Positions 7,860 through 14,862 of a stretch of DNA of 32,000 nucleotides are shown piece by piece. The stretch is from the NCBI RefSeq assembly GCF_000619845.1, contig NZ_JHUX01000003.1, forward strand, positions 640,064-672,063, read 5' to 3'. The position numbers and the translations under genes were made by a program. Origin of the DNA: Alkanindiges illinoisensis DSM 15370. Lineage in GTDB: Bacteria; Pseudomonadota; Gammaproteobacteria; Pseudomonadales; Moraxellaceae. The notes under the pieces are model-generated. The model had not been told where the DNA came from. It searched no databases and worked only from the letters and a program-made list of their open reading frames with translations. Within the stretch, counting starts at the first letter, position 1. Every line of letters starts with the position of its first letter.

Positions 7860-7988
7860 ATGACAATAAAAAATCGCTTAATAGAAGCAGCTAAAGAGCT
7901 AAATATCCCATTAGAATGGGGTGGGGATTGGAAAAATTTTAAGGATGGGCCGCACTACCAGTTGCCCTGGAAGCAGTACTTAAAGTAA
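7860..7988 (+). pseudogene. C-terminal relic of an M15/LAS-family peptidoglycan peptidase (phage endolysin type)
   Basis: Translates to MTIKNRLIEAAKELNIPLEWGGDWKNFKDGPHYQLPWKQYLK, which matches the last roughly 40 aa (WGGDW...D.pH) of roughly 130 aa M15 peptidases. The upstream zinc-ligand region is absent. An in-frame TAA lies at 7851-7853. Confidence 0.6.
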
Positions 7989-8001
7989 TAAACTATTAAA
8001 C

Positions 8002-8030
8002 AAAAAGAGAGTTATTATAACTCTCTTTTT
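8002..8030. terminator. Bidirectional hairpin terminator between convergent genes
   Basis: AAAAAGAGAGTTA-TTA-TAACTCTCTTTTT: perfect 13-nt arms that include the A-run and the T-run. Confidence 0.7.
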
Positions 8031-8042
8031 GGAGCCTTTAGA

Positions 8043-8552
8043 TTAGCAGTGTACTTGAACACTATCGCATGCTTTTTGAATATCTAAAATGATTAAATTT
8101 CCATGATCTGTGTAAAACATTAGCCAATGACACTTATCTTTTATAAAGTAATCATATTCTATAAAATGCACTAAGCCATTTGCACATTCTCGTAAAGAAA
8201 GTGGTTCATTAGTACTAATATTTCCATTTATTTTAAATGAATCCCAAAAACTCTTCATTTCCATCTTATTTATTTTCTTTTTGAAATAACCAATTTGGTC
8301 CTGTATACCAATATCTAGGCTTATTTCTTTGGCATCTTGAGATCTTCTTATATTTGTCAATAGATCAACTATTATTTTCTGAGCCTGATTTGAGAGAGTG
8401 CTTAATAGTGGATCGGTTTTATCTTTATCATACTGTTCAACAAACTTCTCACTTAATTTCTTAAGCTCTTGTGCATTCTCTTTAACTAAATTTTTAAACA
8501 TATAAAATTCCATGCAAATGTGACTGTTTTGATTTGTGTTAGATGAGTCCAT
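8043..8552 (-). CDS. Hypothetical protein (169 aa), AT-rich orphan
   Basis: Long ORF in a very AT-rich stretch, downstream of the Excalibur gene on the same strand. The start is uncertain (M1, M14 or M18). No family recognised. Confidence 0.45.
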   Translation of the reverse strand: MDSSNTNQNSHICMEFYMFKNLVKENAQELKKLSEKFVEQYDKDKTDPLLSTLSNQAQKIIVDLLTNIRRSQDAKEISLDIGIQDQIGYFKKKINKMEMKSFWDSFKINGNISTNEPLSLRECANGLVHFIEYDYFIKDKCHWLMFYTDHGNLIILDIQKACDSVQVHC

Positions 8553-8616
8553 AATTTATATAACATCCATAGCGAAGTTAAGAGTATTAAATAATTTAAG
8601 AGGTGGTAATTCATTC

Positions 8617-8895
8617 TTACTGACAGTCTTTATCACAAGCCACCCCATCATTATCCCGATCCAGCCGTGTCATGCCACACCGCAAAGCACGTTGGGCATC
8701 GGCACAGTCGGCAATATCAGCACAGCGGGTCGGTAGGTTAGAGCAGCTCTCGGTCTTTTTAGCCTTTTGACTCTTAGCCGTTTTGGTCACTGACTTTTTA
8801 TGCGTGTGCTGTCCAGTGCCAAAAGGATTTTCTGTCTGGGTGGCAGCAAAGCTGACTGTAGATAAACCAATAAGTAGGCAGCATAAGTATTTCAT
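8617..8895 (-). CDS. Secreted Excalibur calcium-binding domain protein
   Basis: Signal peptide MKYLCCLLIGLSTVSFA and a C-terminal CADAQRALRCGMTRLDRDNDGVACDKDC, matching the Excalibur DxDxDGxxC motif. Confidence 0.75.
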   Translation of the reverse strand: MKYLCCLLIGLSTVSFAATQTENPFGTGQHTHKKSVTKTAKSQKAKKTESCSNLPTRCADIADCADAQRALRCGMTRLDRDNDGVACDKDCQ

Positions 8896-8949
8896 TTCAA
8901 CAATCCATTGTTATATGATTCAGTCCTTTATACCAATGTTTGAATAAAA

Positions 8950-9312
8950 ATGCCAAGATCAGTTGATATAGCAATTAAAGTACTTTGGGCTTCATTAGTC
9001 ATTAATGCGTTGTTGAGTTTACTCGGTAAAGTTATTGGAGTGGATTCACTAGGTAGTTTCATAGGTGCCCTTATCGTAACCGGCTTGTATTGTATTATTC
9101 CTTATAAACTTGCCAATAGAAGCAATGCAGCACGTTATGTCTATCTCATCCTGACCATTATCTCAGTACTAATAATGATAGCAGCAGGCAATGAAATACC
9201 TATGTCAAATATAGATAAACTTAATGTTTATATCACTTTACCTATGAATATTTATACTTTGTATCTCCTGTTTTTCAATGATGAAGCAAAATACTGGTTC
9301 AAGAGCAACTAA
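8950..9312 (+). CDS. Hypothetical multi-pass membrane protein (120 aa)
   Basis: Three to four hydrophobic segments. No SD, no family recognised. Confidence 0.45.
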   Translation: MPRSVDIAIKVLWASLVINALLSLLGKVIGVDSLGSFIGALIVTGLYCIIPYKLANRSNAARYVYLILTIISVLIMIAAGNEIPMSNIDKLNVYITLPMNIYTLYLLFFNDEAKYWFKSN

Positions 9313-9320
9313 GATAACAA

Positions 9321-9548
9321 ATGCGCCTAACCACACTTATTTTAGTTATTTTTGGCTTCTTCCTGCTCATGCTGGTTCCCGCATTAATCATTGATTATCT
9401 ACCCTGGGAAGCAGGCTATAAAGTGAGTACTCCAGAGTATGCTGGTCATGCTTATGCCCGGCAGTTGGCGTCAGTGAAGGAATGCACTATTGATCCCGAT
9501 GTGGCCCATGATGAAAGGTTTCAGCAGGGGTGTAGGGCGTTTTTTTAA
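9321..9548 (+). CDS. Hypothetical small membrane-anchored protein (75 aa)
   Basis: N-terminal TM LILVIFGFFLLMLVPALII. It lies 8 nt after the previous gene. Confidence 0.4.
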   Translation: MRLTTLILVIFGFFLLMLVPALIIDYLPWEAGYKVSTPEYAGHAYARQLASVKECTIDPDVAHDERFQQGCRAFF

Positions 9549-9648
9549 TGAAAATAATGGTTCAATATTAAACCATAAATTAAACTATTGCGGTTCAAAT
9601 AGTGGTCTGATATAGTTTCTTAACTTAATCTATTAAAAGCACACAGTT

Positions 9649-10086
9649 ATGAATGAAGACGCACAACTTAAGTTAAGGTTAACTCAGGAGTTAAAAGATT
9701 TTATCGAGTCTGAAGCTAAGGCTAACCATCGTACTATCAATGGCGAGGTAGTCTTTAGACTTGAGCAATCTAGAGCTATAAATAAAACCAGCCAGGCTGA
9801 CGTTCGTGTCATAGATTTAAAAAATGGAAAAAGACGCTTAATTTATGGAAAGTTTATTAAGATGCTTGATGTGGATTTTTGTCAGAGCTTAGAAGGCTTA
9901 AAAAAGGATATTGAATTAGCTTTGGATGCATTGAGATATTCCTCATTCTCGCAAAGATTGGCATTTTTCAATAAAGAGGTAATTGTCTACAAGGGTAATA
10001 ATCACATTGATATAGTGGACAACGGCGAGGGTAGCCTTGGTTGGTTAAGAGTCGAAGATCATTATTCTATTGATGATGAAGATTGA
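9649..10086 (+). CDS. Arc/MetJ-type ribbon-helix-helix DNA-binding protein with an uncharacterised roughly 100 aa C-terminal domain
   Basis: The N-terminus LKLRLTQELKDFIESEAKANHRTINGEVVFRLEQS fits the Arc-like RHH pattern. The C-terminal part is not recognised. Confidence 0.6.
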   Translation: MNEDAQLKLRLTQELKDFIESEAKANHRTINGEVVFRLEQSRAINKTSQADVRVIDLKNGKRRLIYGKFIKMLDVDFCQSLEGLKKDIELALDALRYSSFSQRLAFFNKEVIVYKGNNHIDIVDNGEGSLGWLRVEDHYSIDDED

Positions 10087-10158
10087 ATTTAAATATCTAT
10101 CTCTCAATTAGCATGACATGCAGCAGCTTGTCGTGATAATAAGTGAGGAGCAATAAAA

Positions 10159-10186
10159 AACCGCCTAAAGGCGGTTAATTTTTTAT
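10159..10186. terminator. Bidirectional hairpin terminator
   Basis: AACCGCC-TAAA-GGCGGTT flanked by an A-run and a T-run, between convergent genes. It overlaps the stop of the 10175-10972 gene. Confidence 0.7.
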
Positions 10187-10972
10187 TGCACGTACTGAAA
10201 TAATTACAGGAAGCCCTAAGTCATATGGCATATCTTCTTGCACTATGTAATTAATTTTAGACTGGCGTATATCTCCAGATTTTCGCAAAAAAGTATTAGC
10301 AAAATTAACTGTATATTTTTCTGATGATAATTCTTTATGATGCGCAACAGCATCAAGCCTTGCTTTGTCTTTTGTATTCCATGATGCAATTATTGACCGA
10401 TCAACAATGTGGCAGACTCCTTCTGGTTTAAGCAAAGATTCACCTAATTTATAACAAACTTTGTGAACATTCTCCCGATAAGTAGCCATATCACTATTTT
10501 TAAAGTCTTCTAATTCTTTCTTAATATTTTTAGAAATTACTAACGGTTCAGCACCAATTAACCAGCATATTATTGCATCAAATCGCTGTGTTAAAGTCTT
10601 TAATTGAGGTTCAATATCAAAGATATTTGTATTAAGAAATACTATATTTGAATGTTTCAATTTCTCAGTTATTTCTTCGGGCGTTGTAGCTATATCAAAT
10701 GAGATATTTTTACTAGTCAGATATTTTGAAGCTTGATCAAGAAGTATGGCATTTACCTCTATAACAAGAATTTTACGATTCGGATTTCTTGCAAGAGCAT
10801 AAGTACTATATCCGGCTCCACAGCCTACTTCAATAATGAGTTCAGCACTACCTAATTGTTCCGTCATCCATTTGTACTGAGAGTTCTGATCAAGGAATTT
10901 AGAATCTTTAGACCAATGGTGAGCATATTCCTCAGTATTCATCGGTTTGCCAAGGTTTGGATTAATTTTCAT
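10175..10972 (-). CDS. Class I SAM-dependent methyltransferase, substrate unknown
   Basis: Motif I LIIEVGCGAGYSTYALA, then an acidic residue after beta-2 (LVIEVN). No DPPY/NPPY or PCQ DNA-methyltransferase motifs. Divergent from dcm. Confidence 0.75.
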   Translation of the reverse strand: MKINPNLGKPMNTEEYAHHWSKDSKFLDQNSQYKWMTEQLGSAELIIEVGCGAGYSTYALARNPNRKILVIEVNAILLDQASKYLTSKNISFDIATTPEEITEKLKHSNIVFLNTNIFDIEPQLKTLTQRFDAIICWLIGAEPLVISKNIKKELEDFKNSDMATYRENVHKVCYKLGESLLKPEGVCHIVDRSIIASWNTKDKARLDAVAHHKELSSEKYTVNFANTFLRKSGDIRQSKINYIVQEDMPYDLGLPVIISVRAIKN

Positions 10973-11118
10973 ATTAGATTTTTCTGTGAGTAAATTTACA
11001 CAATAACATTTAAGTAAATTAAGTTAAATCAATAAATTACAAAAAAATTAAATTAGCGGTCGTAAACAAAATAAAAATTTCGTATGATTGCTTTAAATTT
11101 TATGTTAGATGATCAAAA

Positions 11119-12246
11119 ATGGATCGACAGATTATCGACTTGTTTGCTGGAGCAGGTGGTTTAAGTTTAGGGGCTGCTAGGGCCGGCTTTAATGTGAAAG
11201 CAGCTGTAGAGCTAGACAACCATGCTATTCATACCCACATTAAAAATTTCCCTAATTCGACTCATATCCAGCAAGATGTAAGTAAGCTATCAGGTGAAGA
11301 TCTACTTAGATTAGCAGGAATAAAAAAAGGTGAATTAGATGGTTTGATTGGTGGCCCTCCATGTCAAGGATTTAGTACGATTGGAAAGCAGCAAATTGAT
11401 GATAATCGAAATCAGTTATTTAATGATTTTTTTCGTCTTGTACAAGAAATAGAACCTAACTTTTTTGTTGCAGAGAACGTAACAGGAATTTTAAATACTA
11501 AATATGACTTTATTAGAGAAGAAGCTCTTAGCCTTGTTCAAGATAAATATATATTATTAGAGCCGATAAAAGTGAAGGCCAGTGAATATGGCGCTCCTAC
11601 CATTAGGACTCGGATTTTCTTTATTGGTATTCATATAAAAAGGTTTCCCAAAGAATTAAAAAAAACTGATTTTACACCTAGCAATGACTTAGAAAGTATT
11701 AATGTTAGTCATGCTTTAATCGGATTACCTACCTTAATTCAACCCCTATGGTTGAGTGAAGAACAAGGTTGGCAATTGGTAGATAAAACCCAATTCCCTA
11801 AAAATCGCTTCTTTGACCGAATTATTAACTCTATTCCTAATAATATCGGGAATAACAAACTTATCGAAAGATATATGGAACAGGATTTTGTATCTGGTTG
11901 CCAAGGTACTAGGCATTCTAAAGAAGTTGAAGAAAGATATGCTAATCTACAATATGGCCAGCAAGATAAAATTTCAAAGTCTGTAAAGCTAAATCCTTTA
12001 GGTTTCTGTCCTACATTAAGAGCTGGGACAGGAAGTGATAAGGGAAGCTATCAAGCAGTTCGGCCAATTCATTATGAGCAGCCACGGGTAATCACGCCCA
12101 GAGAGGCTGCACGCTTACAAGGTTTTCCAGATTGGTTCGTATTTCATGAAACAAAATGGCATAGCTTCAGGCAGATTGGTAACAGTGTAAGTCCTATAGT
12201 TGCTGAAAAAATTCTTAAAGTGATTTTTGATGCTATGAATAACTAA
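11119..12246 (+). CDS. dcm: DNA (cytosine-5)-methyltransferase
   Basis: Motif I DLFAGAGGLSLG, motif IV GGPPCQGFS, motif VI AENV, motif VIII PTIRTRIFFIG, motif IX TPREAARLQGFPDWF and motif X IGNSVSP. Confidence 0.92.
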   Translation: MDRQIIDLFAGAGGLSLGAARAGFNVKAAVELDNHAIHTHIKNFPNSTHIQQDVSKLSGEDLLRLAGIKKGELDGLIGGPPCQGFSTIGKQQIDDNRNQLFNDFFRLVQEIEPNFFVAENVTGILNTKYDFIREEALSLVQDKYILLEPIKVKASEYGAPTIRTRIFFIGIHIKRFPKELKKTDFTPSNDLESINVSHALIGLPTLIQPLWLSEEQGWQLVDKTQFPKNRFFDRIINSIPNNIGNNKLIERYMEQDFVSGCQGTRHSKEVEERYANLQYGQQDKISKSVKLNPLGFCPTLRAGTGSDKGSYQAVRPIHYEQPRVITPREAARLQGFPDWFVFHETKWHSFRQIGNSVSPIVAEKILKVIFDAMNN

Positions 12247-12247
12247 G

Positions 12248-14119
12248 TTACTCATAGCACTTTAACAAAAAAGGTTGAATAGCAAGCCAAAAACTTTTAA
12301 TACTGTCTTTATCCCACATTAAGTCAGGAGAGTGAATAGTATTTTGTAGGTACCTAATGTTCCTATTAGTTCTTTCATTACGATTTTCATTACAGAGAGC
12401 ATATATAGAATCAATATTACGTGTGTCTATTCCTGCCAATAGTCCATTAGTTTTCATATGATCTAAGCATTTTTTTATTTGCTCTCCTAAATTATTTTTA
12501 GTTACATCTAAAGTAGGGGCCTTAAAAGTCACATAATATTTACAGCTTAATTCTATAAAGCATCTAATTAGAAAAATAGAGGCCAAAGGGAAGCCACCAT
12601 CTGAATCTATTTTGATTCTGGATAATTCATTTAATAAGGAACAAAGTTTATTTTGATCCTCTGGAATATTAAAAGGAGTCTTACCATTGTACTCATTGAA
12701 TAAATAACTATGCTCTAATGTGTGAGAGGGCGTGGAGTAATTTTGCTCAAAAAGCATAAATTCACTATTAGTAAATTGATTAGTTTCATTATCATTTTCT
12801 AATTCATTTTGATTTTGTAAATTGCAATTAATTTCATTATCTATTGAAGTTAGTGGAGTATTATTATGCTCGATATGTTCAAAAGGGATATAATTTTCAT
12901 CCGGTAATCTAGTAGATGGTATAGAATAATCATCTAAAAGAGCACTGCTTTCTTTAGCAATTGGCTTGGTATCTGGTACTACTAAGTTTAAATTAAACTG
13001 CGGTGGAATTTCATTCACTAGTGGCTTATCTAAAGGTAATTGCTGTTCTGAATGAAAGAATTTTTTACCTCTTTTTATTTTTCCAGTATGTGTTCTCCAC
13101 TTCTCAGAAAAATCTTTCATAATCGGTAAAGCTTTTTTATAAATCTCATTATTTAAATCTAAATTCGATTTACTAGTGTTCCAAGGCAGCTTTGCACCCT
13201 CTCCGATAAAGCTTGCTATACCTATAAATCCAGTATGCTCAGTATGTGCTTTTGTGAACCAACCAGTATCTGATGACCAGTCATGCATTTTAATTGCTCG
13301 ACCATTACAATATACAAACCAACCACAGTCATCGCGAGTGATGGTATTTTTTTTATCTTCTGTTTGTTCATATTGAAAAAGAAAATCTTTATGCTGACCA
13401 AGTTGAATATCAACTTTAACCCCTTCATATTCAAATGTATTTGAAAGTTTTTTAAAGCCACATTTTTTATTTATGGATGTTAAAACTTTTGGAGTGACGG
13501 TATTGTTAACTGTTATCACTAAACCTCTATTAATGAAAAAAGAATATCTTTTAGCTAATGAGTTAATAAAAGATTGTTCCCAGAGAGGATTTGAAAAATC
13601 TGAAATTATTTCTTTATGTAGCTGTTGAACAACTATTTCTGTCCCAGTAATGCCAGTTAATTGTTTCTCTACAATAGGTAAATCCCAATAGTCATCATCA
13701 TTAATAAATTTGTTGGCATCAAAAAATAACTCAGAATTCTGTTTTAATGTTTCAGTTGAAATTTTACTAATTTTGCCTAATTTCAGGAGTGCACGATTAA
13801 GACCAATGCCGAAGAAGCCTATACTTGTGTTTAAATGCTCTGGATGTGAGCCAAATCTCAAGGCATTCTGTTTTAATGTGTTTAATTCAATTCCTTCACC
13901 TATATCTTTAATTGAAAAAGATTTTTTATCAAAAATAATATCAATTTTGTAACCTTTATAGTTGTTGGGAAGTGCTTCGTTTTTATTTTCTTGAAAAGCA
14001 TCAATCGAGTTATCTATTAGATCAAAGATACACGCTTCAAGAGTAATATCTTTAGTAATACCATCGACTAAATATTTTTTTGTAGGACGTGTGTCTGCAA
14101 CTAAAGCTACTTTACTCAT
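12248..14119 (-). CDS. MORC/paraMORC-like GHKL ATPase with a C-terminal helical (HEPN-like) domain
   Basis: Bergerat-fold motifs appear in order: N-box FDLIDNSIDA, G1 DIGEGI, G2 GFFGIGLNRA, then GTEIVV. A MORC S5-like segment follows (WFVYCNGRAIKMHD, GFIGIASF, LPWNTSKSNLDLN), then an N/Q/E-rich linker. The C-terminal roughly 150 aa contain RYLQNTIH, 27 aa from the end. SD AAGGAAGGA lies upstream of the ATG. Confidence 0.8.
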   Translation of the reverse strand: MSKVALVADTRPTKKYLVDGITKDITLEACIFDLIDNSIDAFQENKNEALPNNYKGYKIDIIFDKKSFSIKDIGEGIELNTLKQNALRFGSHPEHLNTSIGFFGIGLNRALLKLGKISKISTETLKQNSELFFDANKFINDDDYWDLPIVEKQLTGITGTEIVVQQLHKEIISDFSNPLWEQSFINSLAKRYSFFINRGLVITVNNTVTPKVLTSINKKCGFKKLSNTFEYEGVKVDIQLGQHKDFLFQYEQTEDKKNTITRDDCGWFVYCNGRAIKMHDWSSDTGWFTKAHTEHTGFIGIASFIGEGAKLPWNTSKSNLDLNNEIYKKALPIMKDFSEKWRTHTGKIKRGKKFFHSEQQLPLDKPLVNEIPPQFNLNLVVPDTKPIAKESSALLDDYSIPSTRLPDENYIPFEHIEHNNTPLTSIDNEINCNLQNQNELENDNETNQFTNSEFMLFEQNYSTPSHTLEHSYLFNEYNGKTPFNIPEDQNKLCSLLNELSRIKIDSDGGFPLASIFLIRCFIELSCKYYVTFKAPTLDVTKNNLGEQIKKCLDHMKTNGLLAGIDTRNIDSIYALCNENRNERTNRNIRYLQNTIHSPDLMWDKDSIKSFWLAIQPFLLKCYE

Positions 14120-14511
14120 CTATAAATTCCTTCCTTATAAATATTTATTTATAACTATTCACTTTCCCTTAGCCACCGTATCCAGAAAATGATCCGGATA
14201 GGTTAAATTCTTGGCCGTTAACCAATCATATGCACCCATCTGGCGTAGTTGTTCAATCAAGATATGAAGTATAGGATAAGTTAGTTATAACAAAAATAAG
14301 CAATTAAGCAAATTCGGAGAAATCCTAGCAATCTTTACCCTCCCTATCAAAATGAAAGCTGGAGGGATATATTAGTAACCTATTAAAGGCAGGGGTAGGT
14401 TGGGCACGTTCTCGGGCACGCAAGCTAAAAGTTGATAGCGATTAATAGGTGGTAAGCTTATGATTATGCTAAATATTAGTTAATATTAGCTGATAATAAA
14501 AACTAGCAATT

Positions 14512-14537
14512 AGAGTTCGAGTCTCTTCGCCCCACCA
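14512..14537 (+). other. tRNA-Trp-like 3' fragment (T-loop, T-stem, acceptor 3' strand, CCA); probable attR of the acquired region
   Basis: AGAGTTCGAGTCTCTTCGCCCCACCA. It matches tRNA positions 51-71 of E. coli tRNA-Trp (GAGTTCGAGTCTCTCCGCCCC, recalled from memory) at 20 of 21 positions. It is one nt short of a canonical 3' end and has no D or anticodon arm upstream, so it is not a functional tRNA. Confidence 0.5.
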
Positions 14538-14814
14538 TTTATACATAATAATATGCTGTTACACTACTTTATATCAGCTTCAAATCCTTAAGTACCAAGC
14601 CTTTCATGCCGATGTATGATTTTTCATACATTGACATAACTTCAAATGATAAGAGCATAGATTAAAAAAGAACTTTAGATCATAGCTAAATTTATTAAAT
14701 ACTTAATTGAAAAAATTCACGATTCATGATTTCTAGCAAATTTGTTCAAGGATTATTTTTAACATACGAAAACTGTTTTTCTAAATCTTATATTTTTTAT
14801 ATTTAAAATTAATG

Positions 14815-14846
14815 ATTAATAAAAAACGCCAGCATCTGCTAGCGTT
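14815..14846 (-). terminator. Rho-independent terminator of porin 1
   Basis: On the minus strand, AACGCUAGC-AGAU-GCUGGCGUU followed by a U-run, 17 nt after the stop. Confidence 0.75.
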
Positions 14847-14862
14847 CTTAGAACATTGATAA

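Larger units (their letters stand above)
1..14537. mobile_element. Right arm of a prophage plus accreted cargo/defence island; left end lies outside the window
   Basis: Contains a phage lysis cassette, unrecognisable phage-style orphans, umuDC cargo, an endolysin relic and visibly AT-rich orphan genes. A tRNA 3'-end-like fragment sits at the right edge. Conserved core synteny (porins, pyrG-kdsA-eno) starts right after it. No integrase was seen in the window. Confidence 0.6.

Noticed and set aside
11658-11665. A8 homopolymer inside dcm as a phase-variation switch
   Set aside because: Eight A residues in a very AT-rich gene (KELKKT codons) is within expectation and short for slipped-strand switching. 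There is no evidence of alternative frames.
14449-14537. Possible intact tRNA gene (GGTGG...CCACCA ends roughly 88 nt apart)
   Set aside because: The interior is AT-rich with no D-arm, anticodon arm or proper T-stem 5' strand. Only 5 bp of acceptor pairing is possible and it conflicts with the T-arm register. Only the last 26 nt look tRNA-derived.
14393-14537. Possible tmRNA (a GGGG-start near 14393 and an ...ACCA end)
   Set aside because: It is far too short (about 145 nt). There is no tag-peptide reading frame, no G-U at acceptor position 3:70, and poor acceptor complementarity.
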